Shown: positions 1-9,341, counted from the stretch's first letter. The stretch: DNA of 46,124 bases from an uncultured Candidatus Saccharibacteria bacterium (GCA_964501525.1 CAZCSI010000002.1:1-46124), one strand, 5' to 3'. The notes: generated by a model not told the origin, from the sequence alone. Translations and numbers: made by a program.

Positions 1-1
1 T

Positions 2-538
2 GAGCTGCCGATGAATTATGCCGGTTTTTCCTCTTGTTTCAGGCGCGAGGCAGGTGCTTATGGAAAGCATAAAAAGGGGATTTATCGGGTTCACCAGTTT
101 GATAAGCTGGAGATTTACAGCTTGACCAAGGGCGGGCTCGAGTTTTCCGAACCGGCCTTTGAACAATTGATCCAATTGGAAGAGGAGATCTGTCAGAAAC
201 TGGAGATTCCATACCGGGTAGTCAAAACTTGCACCGGGGATATGAGCGCTCCCGCTTATCTTAAATACGATTTAGAATACTGGAGTCCGGTGGATGAAAC
301 CTATAGAGAACTGACCTCCTGCTCCAACTGCACCGACTTTCAAGCCCGGCGGCTGAATATCCGCTGGAGAAACGAAAAAGGGGAGCTCGGGTTCGTGCAC
401 ACCCTTAACGGGACAGCTGTTACCTCGACCCGGACCATCATAGCTATTTTGGAAAACCATCAAAGAAAAGACGGGTCTGTCGAGGTGCCGAAAGTTTTAC
501 AAAAATATTTAGGGTTCAAGAAGATTAGAAAGAGCTGA
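2..538 (+). CDS. serS: seryl-tRNA synthetase, C-terminal catalytic core (5' end cut by window edge)
   Basis: The frame is open to the window edge. CFRREAGAYGK..GIYRVHQFDKLE and TLNGTAVTSTRTIIAILENHQ are typical class II SerRS motif 2/3 regions. Confidence 0.9.
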   Translation, partial: ELPMNYAGFSSCFRREAGAYGKHKKGIYRVHQFDKLEIYSLTKGGLEFSEPAFEQLIQLEEEICQKLEIPYRVVKTCTGDMSAPAYLKYDLEYWSPVDETYRELTSCSNCTDFQARRLNIRWRNEKGELGFVHTLNGTAVTSTRTIIAILENHQRKDGSVEVPKVLQKYLGFKKIRKS

Positions 539-585
539 AACCCGGAGCGGAAGTAAAGATTAGAGATGAATTTTAAAGTAGTTTT

Positions 586-1338
586 ATGACGAAGGTCCAA
601 GGTGAAAAATTAAAAGGTAAAGACAGTAAAGACAAAGAGACGGTCTTAATTCTTCACGGTTGGAACAGTTCTAAGGAAAAATGGCAGGCTGTAAAGCGCG
701 AACTTGAAAAAGCTGGAATAAAGGTTTTTGTGCCCGACCTGCCTGGATTTAAGGAGGAGATGAAACTTAAAAAACCCTGGACCCTGGATAATTATGTAAC
801 GTGGGTGAAGAGCTATACAGTGGAAAAGGTGGAGCCGCCTTTTTTTATGATGGGGCACTCTTTTGGGGGAGCGGTAGCCGCTAAGTATGCTTCCGAGTAT
901 GAAGATGACCTTTCCGGTCTTATTTTGATTTCAGCTGCAGTTATCAGGTGGAAAAGCAAGAAGGTGCTTTGCTGGGCTAAGGCGGCTGATTTTTTAAACA
1001 GGCTCTCGTTTTTGCCGGGCTATGAAACCCTTAGAAGGTTCTTTTATTACTATGTTTTAAAAAGACCCGACTATATTATTGCAAAGGGGCCCTTAAGAGA
1101 AACCTTTAAAAATATTGTGGGCAGGGATCTTACTCATCTTTTACCTAAGATTAAAGCCCCTTGTCTTTTAATCTGGGGCAAGGAAGATAAGCTCACCCTC
1201 TTGGAAGAGGGAAAGATCATTAACAGCAAGCTTAAGAATTCAAAGATGGTGGAGGTTGAAGGGGTGGGGCATATTCCCCACAGATTGGCCCCAGAAATAA
1301 TTTCTAAAGAGACAGTAAGGTTTATAAAGAAAAAATGA
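586..1338 (+). CDS. alpha/beta-fold hydrolase
   Basis: LILHGW, the GHSFGG nucleophile elbow (GxSxG) and a C-terminal GVGHIPH histidine are present in a 250-aa protein. The stop overlaps the next start (ATGA at 1335-1338). Confidence 0.8.
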   Translation: MTKVQGEKLKGKDSKDKETVLILHGWNSSKEKWQAVKRELEKAGIKVFVPDLPGFKEEMKLKKPWTLDNYVTWVKSYTVEKVEPPFFMMGHSFGGAVAAKYASEYEDDLSGLILISAAVIRWKSKKVLCWAKAADFLNRLSFLPGYETLRRFFYYYVLKRPDYIIAKGPLRETFKNIVGRDLTHLLPKIKAPCLLIWGKEDKLTLLEEGKIINSKLKNSKMVEVEGVGHIPHRLAPEIISKETVRFIKKK

Positions 1339-2966
1339 ACATTACCTTAATATCAATTGTATTTTTCTGGTTTGTTATTCAGATTAAGAAGCTTCTTTTT
1401 TGGAGTTATCTTTGGCAGCTCAAGGAATATCAGTGGGGCAGGGCAAGGGCCTATTTTCAAACCCGGCAGGGACTTCGAGTCACCCTTCTTTCTCCTCAAA
1501 AATGGATCAAACTGTTGTTTTTGATAGGGCTTCTGTGGCTCCCGATGCCGGAGATTCTTTCTCTACTCTTAGGTTTTGTTTTAGCCTTTGAAGCTTTGAT
1601 TTTCTCTTTTAAATGGGCTGGAAAAAGAACCATTAAACCGGTTCTTACCAAAAGAATCTTAGCCACCTTGGGGCTGGGGTTGTTTTTGATTTGTCTCTGG
1701 ACGGGCGTTCACTTTTATTTTCGGCTGACTTATATGTTTGTCGCTTCTCTTTTGTTCTTTGATATTATGGGTTTCTTTTTCTTTTCTCTGGTTGTCTTGA
1801 CCTTTCAACCATTTGTCCACATTTGGTATCGAAAGCTTGTTAAAAAAGCCGCGGCCAGAAGAAGAGAGCTCCAAGGATTAAGAGTGGTGGGGATAACAGG
1901 AAGCTATGGTAAAAGTTCTGTTAAGGATTTTCTGGCGGTGATGCTTTCTCAAAAGTACAAAACGCTGAAAACAGAAAAAAACCGGAACTCAACCGTTGGT
2001 GTGGCTGACGCCGTTTTGAATAAGCTTAATAAAAAACATGAGATTTTTGTGTGTGAAATAGGTGCTTATAAAAAAGGAGAGGTAAAAGAGATGGCGCAGA
2101 TGGTCCAGCCTCAGATCGGTGTGTTAACCGGCATCAACGAACAGCACCTGTCTACTTTTGGTTCTTTGGACAACATTATTCAGGGTAAATTTGAGATAAT
2201 AGAAACTCTGCCTTCTGGGGGCACGGCGGTGGTCAATGGGGACAACGACCGGATTGTTTCTCGGTTGAAAGAGATTGATTATGAGCTGAATCTTGTAGTG
2301 TGTTCCGCCCGCGGGGTTAAAACCTCCCTTGGCGTTGACACGGATTTACGAGCCGAGGCGGTCGAGAAAAAACAGGATAAGGTTTCTTTTGATATGGTTT
2401 CTAAGACAGGAGACAGGGTCCGGGTGGAGCTGGGGCTGACCGGCAGACACAATGTTATTAATTTTTTAATAGCCGCGGCCGCTGCCAGAGAGCTGGGAAT
2501 AGATTTTAAGCAGATTGTCCAAGCTGCGAAAAGCATTGAATCGGCGCCAAGCGGGATAAGAATCAGAAAGGGAAGAAAAGGAGTGGCTGTTATGGACGAT
2601 ACTTATTCGGCCAATCCTCACGGGGTGAAGGCAGCTGTGAAACATCTTGAATTATGGCCGGGTAAAAGAGTTGTTGTTATGCCTTGTCTTATTGAGCTGG
2701 GGAAAGAAAGTGACAGGATTCATCAGGAGATCGGAAAAATAATAGGCAGGGTCTGCGATTTAGCGATTGTAACCAGTCCTGATTTTTTGAGTGCGATTAA
2801 AAAAGGCGCTCAAGATGTTGGTATGCAAACAGGCAAAGTCCTGTTTTTAGATAAAACAAAAACTATCTTGAAAAAGCTGGGCCCCTTTTTGAAAGAAGAA
2901 AACGTAATACTTTTGGAAAGCAGGGTGCCAGAAGGGTTGTTGGAAGCATTAATTAAAGATTTATGA
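1335..2966 (+). CDS. murF: MurF-type Mur ligase (UDP-MurNAc-tripeptide--D-Ala-D-Ala ligase-like) with an N-terminal polytopic membrane domain
   Basis: The P-loop GITGSYGKSS is at residues 186-194. NRNSTVGVADAVL, EIGAYKKGEV...INEQHLSTFGS and DDTYSANPHG match MurF central and C-terminal domains. Residues 1-165 are 4-5 hydrophobic helices. Confidence 0.8.
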   Translation: MNITLISIVFFWFVIQIKKLLFWSYLWQLKEYQWGRARAYFQTRQGLRVTLLSPQKWIKLLFLIGLLWLPMPEILSLLLGFVLAFEALIFSFKWAGKRTIKPVLTKRILATLGLGLFLICLWTGVHFYFRLTYMFVASLLFFDIMGFFFFSLVVLTFQPFVHIWYRKLVKKAAARRRELQGLRVVGITGSYGKSSVKDFLAVMLSQKYKTLKTEKNRNSTVGVADAVLNKLNKKHEIFVCEIGAYKKGEVKEMAQMVQPQIGVLTGINEQHLSTFGSLDNIIQGKFEIIETLPSGGTAVVNGDNDRIVSRLKEIDYELNLVVCSARGVKTSLGVDTDLRAEAVEKKQDKVSFDMVSKTGDRVRVELGLTGRHNVINFLIAAAAARELGIDFKQIVQAAKSIESAPSGIRIRKGRKGVAVMDDTYSANPHGVKAAVKHLELWPGKRVVVMPCLIELGKESDRIHQEIGKIIGRVCDLAIVTSPDFLSAIKKGAQDVGMQTGKVLFLDKTKTILKKLGPFLKEENVILLESRVPEGLLEALIKDL

Positions 2967-4219
2967 GTTATAAATCGATTTTTCTTTCTCTTTCTCCCAA
3001 TGTGGAAAAAGACGACCTGGCTTTAGACCTCAAACTTCTTTTTGCGCCTTGGCTGTGGAAAAAAGGCGGAAAGGTGAAAGAGCTGGAGGGGAAGACACAA
3101 CAATACCTGGGCCTAAAACATACCTTTGCTTTTAACAGCGGTCGTTCGGCTTTCCTGGCTGTATTAAACGGTTTGAACCTGGAGAAAAACAGCGAGGTTC
3201 TTGTTCAGGGCTTTACCTGTAATGCTTTGATTAACCCTATTATCTGGTTTGGTTTGAAGCCGGTTTATGTGGATATTGAGGAAAAAACCCTAAATATGGA
3301 TCCGGCCGATTTGAGGCGTAAGATTACGGAGAATAGTAGGGCAGTGGTGGTTCAACACACTTTTGGCCAGCCGGCTGACCTAGAGGAGATAAAAAAGATT
3401 TGTGAAAATCGGAACTTGATTCTGGTGGAAGACTGTGCTCACTCATTAGGGGCTGAGTTTCAGGGCCGCAAGGTTGGAGGTTTCGGAAAAGCATCCTTTT
3501 TCAGTTTTGGCAGAGATAAAATTATCTCTTCTGTTTACGGCGGGATGGCTGCTACAAACGATGAGGAGCTTGCCTGGAGGATAAAAGATTATCGGGACAA
3601 GCTTTCTCTTCCTTCTCTTTTCTGGATAAAACAGCAGCTTCTTCATCCTATTTTATGCGAAAAAATAGTTAAGCCGCTTTATCGGTTTTTTGGGTTTGGC
3701 AGATGGGTGCTGGCCGGACTTAACAGAATAGGGGTTCTTTCCAAAGCGGTGCACAAGAGAGAAAAATATAAAGGAGAAAAACCCCCTTATATTCCTCGAA
3801 AAATGCCTAACGGTTTAGCTTTTTTAGCCCTTAATCAGCTTCAAAAAATTGAGAAGCTTTTAAAACATCAGAAACAAATTGCAGGTTTTTATGACCGAGA
3901 GGTTGAAGGAGTTGAGAAGCCGTTAAAAAATGAGGGCCGGGTATATATGCGCTATTCTGTCTTGGTCAATGGTTTTGACACTGATGAAGTTTTAAAAAAG
4001 GCGCGGCTGCAAAGAATATTTCTTGATGACGGGTGGCGCAAAACGCCGGTGGTGCCTTATGATACCGACCATCAAAAGATGCAGTATCACTGGGGTGATT
4101 GTCCGACCGCAGAACGGGTGGCGCGAAAAATAATCAACCTGCCTACGAATATACAGGTCTCGGAAAAAGAAGCACAGAAAGTTGCCAGTTTTTTAAACAA
4201 CATCATCAATGAAAGTTAA
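2963..4219 (+). CDS. DegT/DnrJ/EryC1/StrS-family PLP-dependent aminotransferase
   Basis: FNSGRSAFLAVL, VEDCAHSLGA and SFFSFGRDKIIS (putative PLP lysine) fit the family. It overlaps murF by 4 nt. Confidence 0.8.
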   Translation: MSYKSIFLSLSPNVEKDDLALDLKLLFAPWLWKKGGKVKELEGKTQQYLGLKHTFAFNSGRSAFLAVLNGLNLEKNSEVLVQGFTCNALINPIIWFGLKPVYVDIEEKTLNMDPADLRRKITENSRAVVVQHTFGQPADLEEIKKICENRNLILVEDCAHSLGAEFQGRKVGGFGKASFFSFGRDKIISSVYGGMAATNDEELAWRIKDYRDKLSLPSLFWIKQQLLHPILCEKIVKPLYRFFGFGRWVLAGLNRIGVLSKAVHKREKYKGEKPPYIPRKMPNGLAFLALNQLQKIEKLLKHQKQIAGFYDREVEGVEKPLKNEGRVYMRYSVLVNGFDTDEVLKKARLQRIFLDDGWRKTPVVPYDTDHQKMQYHWGDCPTAERVARKIINLPTNIQVSEKEAQKVASFLNNIINES

Positions 4220-5234
4220 AGAGATAAAAGAACCAAAGGTTTGGGAGGGGTTTTTAGAAAAGATAAAAAACAAAACCTTTCTTCAGAGCTGGAGCTGGGG
4301 CGAGTTTCAAAAAAAGAGAAATAACCAGGTCTGGAGGCTGGGAGTATATGACGGGGAAAACCTTGTTGCCTCCGCTTTGATTGAAAAGGTTGAAGCCAAA
4401 AGAGGCACTTTTCTGCTTGTTCCGCATGGGCCCAACTGTTTACCGAACTACCGGTATAAATCCCGTATTCTGAGAGTTCTGCTGGGGCACCTGGAAAAGA
4501 TCGCTGAAAAGGAAAACGCTAACTTTATAAGATTTTCTCCTATTTGGGAAAGGTCAAAACAAACAAAGAAAGTTTTTCAGAAAACCGGTTTCCGCAGAGC
4601 TCCGATTCACAATCATCCGGAAGCGAGCTGGGTTTTGGATATCACAGCCCCGGAGAAGGAGTTATTGATGAATATGAGAAAATCGACCCGTTACAATATC
4701 AGGAAAAGCCTGAAGAACGATAAAATAAGGGTTTATCCGGGTGGTGATACGGAGATCGGTCTTTTCAGTCAGCTTCATCAAGAAACCGCCCAAAGGCATG
4801 ATTTTGTTCCCTTTTCAGAGGATTACCTGAAAAACGAGCTGGAAACTTTTGCTTTTAACAACGAGATGACGCTTTATGTAGCCGAGTATGAGGAAAAGAT
4901 CGGGGCCATGGCTTTCATTATTTTTTGGTCGGGCATCGGTTTCTATCATCACGCTGTACTTGAGCCGGGTATGAGGGATTATCCGCTTTCTTACAGAATT
5001 TTGTGGGAAGGAATAAAAGAAGCTAAAAAAAGAGGGTTTTACCGCTTTGATTTCTGGGGCTACGCCTCTCCTGAGAGCGATCATCCGTGGGCCGGCCCCA
5101 CCCTCTTTAAAATGGGGTTCGGCGGCTGCAAGAAAGAATATGTTAAAACACAGGATTTTGTTTTGACGCCGCTTTATTGGTTCGATTACTTAGTAGAAAC
5201 CATAAGAAGAAAAAAAAGAGGATTTGATGGCTAG
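4209..5234 (+). CDS. FemABX-family peptidoglycan aminoacyltransferase (interpeptide bridge formation)
   Basis: The N-terminal FLQSWSWGEFQKK signature and the ~340-aa length are typical of FemX/FemA-like transferases. It overlaps both neighbouring genes by 11 nt. Confidence 0.8.
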   Translation: MKVKEIKEPKVWEGFLEKIKNKTFLQSWSWGEFQKKRNNQVWRLGVYDGENLVASALIEKVEAKRGTFLLVPHGPNCLPNYRYKSRILRVLLGHLEKIAEKENANFIRFSPIWERSKQTKKVFQKTGFRRAPIHNHPEASWVLDITAPEKELLMNMRKSTRYNIRKSLKNDKIRVYPGGDTEIGLFSQLHQETAQRHDFVPFSEDYLKNELETFAFNNEMTLYVAEYEEKIGAMAFIIFWSGIGFYHHAVLEPGMRDYPLSYRILWEGIKEAKKRGFYRFDFWGYASPESDHPWAGPTLFKMGFGGCKKEYVKTQDFVLTPLYWFDYLVETIRRKKRGFDG

Positions 5235-6075
5235 AAGACGCAAAAGAAGAAGCAGAAAAAAAAGAATGTTTTTAAGGGTTATGAAGTCTAAAACCTTTTG
5301 GATTATTGTTTTGGTTTTTTTAATGTGCGCCGGTCTGGCTTACTTTTTACTGCTCTCGGATATGTTTCAGGTAGAAGAGATAGAGGTGTTCGGCAACCAA
5401 AAAGTAAACCAAGAAGAAGTTCTGCAGGAGATAGAGCCCCGGATTGAAAAAGAACTGAAGGCGGGTCCTTTTTCTTTGTTCTCTTCCAGAAGCATCTTTC
5501 TGGTGGGAGCCCGTCCTTTAGAGCGGCACATAAAGCATATTTTTCCTCGAGTAGGGGAGGTGGTGGTAAAAAGAAAGCTGCCCAGTGTTCTCAGTTTGGA
5601 GATAAAGGAAAGAGATTCTTTTGTTGAACTCTGTCTTTTGTCGGGTGAGTGCTATAAAGCGGACGAGCAGGGGGTCGTGTTTGAAAAAAGCGCAGACGTA
5701 AAGGAAGAGACAGAGGGAGAGGTTCAGGTTTTTCAGGTAAAGAGAGAAGAGTTGATGGTGATTGTTGTCAAGGGTTTTACAAAGCCTGACCTGGGGTCTG
5801 AAGCAATTCCTCCTCTTTACCTGGCAGGCGCATCCGAGATAGAGAATAAAATTAAAAACTCCATGCAGATGGAGCCAAGAGAGCTTTCCCTGGAAGGAGA
5901 GCAGCTGATAGTTGATGTCGGCAAGGGGTTTAAAATATATTTTGACCTGGATAAAAATGTAGAAGAGCAGCTTTTTAATCTAGAGCTGGTTCTAAGAGAA
6001 AAATTATCAGACCAAAACCTGGAGGAGCTGGAATATATAGACCTCCGATTCGGCAACAGGGTCTATTACAAGTAG
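5227..6075 (+). CDS. ftsQ: cell division protein FtsQ/DivIB-like (POTRA domain)
   Basis: It has a polybasic N-terminus, a single TM helix, then the POTRA-like segment FQVEEIEVFGNQKVNQEEV, and it lies in a dcw-type context. ATG at 5227 is preferred over TTG at 5224. Confidence 0.7.
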   Translation: MARRRKRRSRKKRMFLRVMKSKTFWIIVLVFLMCAGLAYFLLLSDMFQVEEIEVFGNQKVNQEEVLQEIEPRIEKELKAGPFSLFSSRSIFLVGARPLERHIKHIFPRVGEVVVKRKLPSVLSLEIKERDSFVELCLLSGECYKADEQGVVFEKSADVKEETEGEVQVFQVKREELMVIVVKGFTKPDLGSEAIPPLYLAGASEIENKIKNSMQMEPRELSLEGEQLIVDVGKGFKIYFDLDKNVEEQLFNLELVLREKLSDQNLEELEYIDLRFGNRVYYK

Positions 6076-6115
6076 CAGTTAGCTGATAAAGGAGGCAGCG
6101 GTCTGTAGTTGATTG

Positions 6116-6137
6116 GTCCGTGTTGCGGACTTTATTG
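6116..6137 (+). terminator. weak hairpin plus T-rich tract after ftsQ
   Basis: GTCCG-tgttg-CGGAC is followed by TTTATT, between convergent genes. Confidence 0.35.
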
Positions 6138-7862
6138 TATATGGTAAACGAAAATTGAATATCCTATTCTCTCGACCAGCTGTTGTTGATAAAGCCAGTT
6201 GTAACAGGTTGTAGGTTCTTTGAAACCCCTGACTGCGGTTGCCCGTCCGCCCTGGAGCTGTGTAGCTGAAACTGCAAGGTAAGCGGGTTTTTCAATTTGT
6301 TCTGGGTTATTTGTACACCGCCAGCGCACAAAATCATCTCCGAAATAGTACTGAAGGTCGCCGCCTCCGAAATAATCGATATATATTGTATCGATTTCTT
6401 TTTGTTTCACCCACTGTTCAAGCTTTCCGATATTCTGCCCCCAGTCAAGGTTTGAATCAACAGCGTAAAGGTGTCCCTTGTCCGGCCCTCCAGCCATCTC
6501 GTTGTAATAGGCGATAAAATCAGGGTAGACCTTGCTGACTGAAAAGGCCTGCCAAAGCAAAAGCCCGATAATGATTCCGTATTTTATCTTTTCCTTTCTT
6601 GGTTCCGGGTCGTCAATCATTACTCCTCTCGATACCAGCAAGATTGTCAGGGGAATAACAGGGAGCATGTGCCTCACCCCTATATTCAGGTTTCCGGACA
6701 ATGTAATGCCCCAGTAAAAAAGGATAAAACAGAAAAGGGAGAAACAAATAAAGTTATTTTTGATGCACAGCAGTGAAGACCGCAAAGGTTTTTTAATCTC
6801 TTCTTTCTTAATGTTGAGTAGAAAACTGAAGAGGACGAAGAAAGTCAGAGCGTGGAAGGAAAGAGGAATTTTCAAAAGATAAAGGACCGGAAAATAGAGA
6901 GGAAATTTTTGGGCTGACATTTGGCCCAGAAAGAAAGTGGTGTTTCCGCCTGTTCCCCGATTGAGGACCATTCCCAGGCCGGTCAGGTATTGAGCAATAG
7001 GCTGCAATATTTTAAAACGGCAGATCTGTTCAAGATAGGAATCAAAACGGGATGAACCGATAATTCTTGAGATGTCTTCGGCCTGCCGGGCGGCCGGATA
7101 CTGCCAAACATGAAAAAGATAAATTCCATAAACGAGAACCGAGGCGATAAGAAAAACAGCGATAAATTTTTTAAACCAAACCCAGGGTTTTCCCTTCATC
7201 AAGACCCAAATAATTCCCAGAAAAGCAAAAACAGGAACCAGAAAAACACCTGTAAACTTAACAATCTGGGCCAGGCCCAAGCCTATTCCGGCTAAAATAA
7301 TGTTTGTATTAGACGGTTTTTCCAAAAAACTGAGAAAGTAGTAAAAAGAAATCAAGGTTGCTGTTGCGATGCCTACATCCGTGTTTATCAGTCGGCCGTG
7401 AGCGATTAAAGTGGGGGACAGGGTATACAGGGCAAGGGCAAGAAGAGCTGTTTTCCGAGACCAAAATTTTTGAGCGAAAAGATAAGTGAAAATACCCCCT
7501 GTGAGAAGAATGCCTATCATGGGAACTCTGGACCAAAAAATCATCTTGTGAGGGTTGTTTCCGGAGCGGTATAAAAGTTCTGTTCCAAAATCGAACTGCT
7601 GCCACCAGATATCGGGCCTGACCCCTTCCCAGCTTTGTTCCGGAAAATTGATGTCTAAGAAAAGCAAAGGCAGGGCCGATAAGTTTTTAAGCAGGGGAGG
7701 GTGCTCCGGATTGACCCGCATATCTCTTTTAACCAGGTATGAATAGCCGGCCGCGATATGTGCTTTTTCGTCAAAAGTAAGCGAGGTCTCTCTAATGCTT
7801 AAAACTGCGATCGTTCCGCAAAGAAGTAAAAGAAAGACAACCAATATTTTTTCCTTTGTCAT
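6132..7862 (-). CDS. GT-C fold glycosyltransferase (family 39 / ArnT-PMT_2-like), polytopic membrane protein
   Basis: The first-loop FDE motif, HPPLLK, more than 10 hydrophobic helices and the C-terminal DSNLDWGQ segment fit the family (576 aa). Confidence 0.7.
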   Translation of the reverse strand: MTKEKILVVFLLLLCGTIAVLSIRETSLTFDEKAHIAAGYSYLVKRDMRVNPEHPPLLKNLSALPLLFLDINFPEQSWEGVRPDIWWQQFDFGTELLYRSGNNPHKMIFWSRVPMIGILLTGGIFTYLFAQKFWSRKTALLALALYTLSPTLIAHGRLINTDVGIATATLISFYYFLSFLEKPSNTNIILAGIGLGLAQIVKFTGVFLVPVFAFLGIIWVLMKGKPWVWFKKFIAVFLIASVLVYGIYLFHVWQYPAARQAEDISRIIGSSRFDSYLEQICRFKILQPIAQYLTGLGMVLNRGTGGNTTFFLGQMSAQKFPLYFPVLYLLKIPLSFHALTFFVLFSFLLNIKKEEIKKPLRSSLLCIKNNFICFSLFCFILFYWGITLSGNLNIGVRHMLPVIPLTILLVSRGVMIDDPEPRKEKIKYGIIIGLLLWQAFSVSKVYPDFIAYYNEMAGGPDKGHLYAVDSNLDWGQNIGKLEQWVKQKEIDTIYIDYFGGGDLQYYFGDDFVRWRCTNNPEQIEKPAYLAVSATQLQGGRATAVRGFKEPTTCYNWLYQQQLVERIGYSIFVYHIQ

Positions 7863-8029
7863 GTTAAGTTTTAAAACTAAACCTTCTTTTTGTAATTTGT
7901 TGAATATTTATTGCTTTAACTTCAGGCTTTTGTGTTTTTGGTACGGATTTTAATATTCTACCAGATTTTTCCGTCTCTTAAAACTTTCTTTCTCCAAATA
8001 ATAGTTTTTAATATCAAGCAAGGCTCCTG

Positions 8030-8056
8030 TTAGCACTCTAACCCCTTGACTGCTAA
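8030..8056 (+). promoter_or_regulatory. CIRCE operator (HrcA binding site)
   Basis: TTAGCACTC-N9-GACTGCTAA differs from the consensus TTAGCACTC-N9-GAGTGCTAA by one mismatch. It lies 24 nt upstream of hrcA. Confidence 0.85.
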
Positions 8057-8073
8057 CCTCTGTTCATTATAAT
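8046..8073 (+). promoter_or_regulatory. sigma70-type promoter of the hrcA operon, overlapping CIRCE
   Basis: TTGACT (8046-8051), a 16-nt spacer, then TATAAT (8068-8073). The ATG follows 6 nt after the -10 hexamer. Confidence 0.55.
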
Positions 8074-8079
8074 AAATTA

Positions 8080-8781
8080 ATGATAGATGTTTCAGAAAGA
8101 CAAACCGATATACTGAAAAAGTTGATTGAAGAATATATCTGGACCGCTGAGCCGGTTTCTTCCGGGCTGCTCGGCAAAAAGTTTGATTTTGGGGTTTCTG
8201 CCGCTACCATCCGTATTGAGCTGGGCCGTTTAAGCGACCAGGGGTATATCACTCAACCTCATATTTCAGCCGGCAGGATACCGACTGACAAGGGGTACAG
8301 GTTTTTTGTAGACCATCTGAGCGATAAAAGTGAGGAAGAGAATAACCTGAAAGAGATGGCGGAGATTCTTGAAAAAGACTTATGGCAGAGAATGTTGTGC
8401 TTGTCTCGATTTATAGCCGAAAATGTTTCTGTTTTCGCCCTCAGCGGAGTTCCGGAAAAAAGTTTTTTCGCCGGCGCCGGATGGGAGCAGATACTGGAGC
8501 AGCCTGAGTTCGAGCAAAAAGAGGTTTCTATTCGTTTTGCTCAGCTGATAAAAGAGATAGAAAAAGGCGCTGAAGGCTGGAACGGAGCGGAGAGTGTGGA
8601 TGTTTTTATAGGCACGGAGAATCCCTTTTGTCCCTTTGAAGAATTCAGCGTTATTATGACCAAGTGTTCTTTCAGGGAGGGGAGAGGGATAATATCTCTG
8701 GCCGGCCCGAAACGGATGCCTTATGAGCGGAATATAAGTGTTCTGAAAAGAATAAAAAATTGGATGGAGAGAAAACGATGA
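8080..8781 (+). CDS. hrcA: heat-inducible transcription repressor HrcA (short, 233 aa)
   Basis: ERQTDILKKLIEEYIWTAEPVSSGLL...SAATIRIELGRLSDQGYITQPHISAGRIPTDKGYRFFV matches the HrcA winged-helix N-terminus. It has an adjacent CIRCE element and sits upstream of grpE-dnaK-dnaJ. Confidence 0.85.
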   Translation: MIDVSERQTDILKKLIEEYIWTAEPVSSGLLGKKFDFGVSAATIRIELGRLSDQGYITQPHISAGRIPTDKGYRFFVDHLSDKSEEENNLKEMAEILEKDLWQRMLCLSRFIAENVSVFALSGVPEKSFFAGAGWEQILEQPEFEQKEVSIRFAQLIKEIEKGAEGWNGAESVDVFIGTENPFCPFEEFSVIMTKCSFREGRGIISLAGPKRMPYERNISVLKRIKNWMERKR

Positions 8782-9341
8782 AAAAAGAAGGCGAAAAACA
8801 AGAAAAACAAAAACAGGAAGAACCGCTTCAAGAGTTAAAAGAGGAGTTGGAAAAATGCAGGCAGGAAAAAGAAGAGTATCTCTCGGGGTGGAAAAGAGCC
8901 AGGGCAGACCTTATCAATTACAAGAAAGAGGAGAAGCAAAGAATGGAGTGGTTTCTGAAAGGCTGTATAGAAGATTTTGTTTTGAAGCTTCTACCCTTGC
9001 TGGATGATCTGGAAAGAGCTGAGGAGCGCCTGCCCCGGTCTCTAAAACAAGATGCAGGGGTGAAAGGGCTGGTTCAGATAAAAAAGAAACTGAAGGATTT
9101 GTTGGAGAAGCAGGGGTTGGAAGAGATCAAGGTGCTTGGAGAAAAGTTTGACCCTCAATATGCAGAAGCTGTAGAGGTTGTTCAGGGCGCAGACTCGGAA
9201 AAAGTGATTGAGGTGGTTGAAAAAGGTTACAGTTTGCACAATAAGGTTGTAAGACCGGCTAAGGTGGTGGTTGCCGCCGGCGGGCAGAAAACAGGCAGGA
9301 ACGATCAAGAAGCATCAGAGGATGAAAAAAGTAAAAGTTAA
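8778..9341 (+). CDS. grpE: nucleotide exchange factor GrpE
   Basis: YLSGWKRARADLINYKKE and the C-terminal FDPQYAEAV...GYSLHNKVVRPAKVVV are GrpE-like. ATG at 8778 with GGAGAG 7 nt upstream is preferred over TTG at 8760. Confidence 0.85.
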   Translation: MKKEGEKQEKQKQEEPLQELKEELEKCRQEKEEYLSGWKRARADLINYKKEEKQRMEWFLKGCIEDFVLKLLPLLDDLERAEERLPRSLKQDAGVKGLVQIKKKLKDLLEKQGLEEIKVLGEKFDPQYAEAVEVVQGADSEKVIEVVEKGYSLHNKVVRPAKVVVAAGGQKTGRNDQEASEDEKSKS

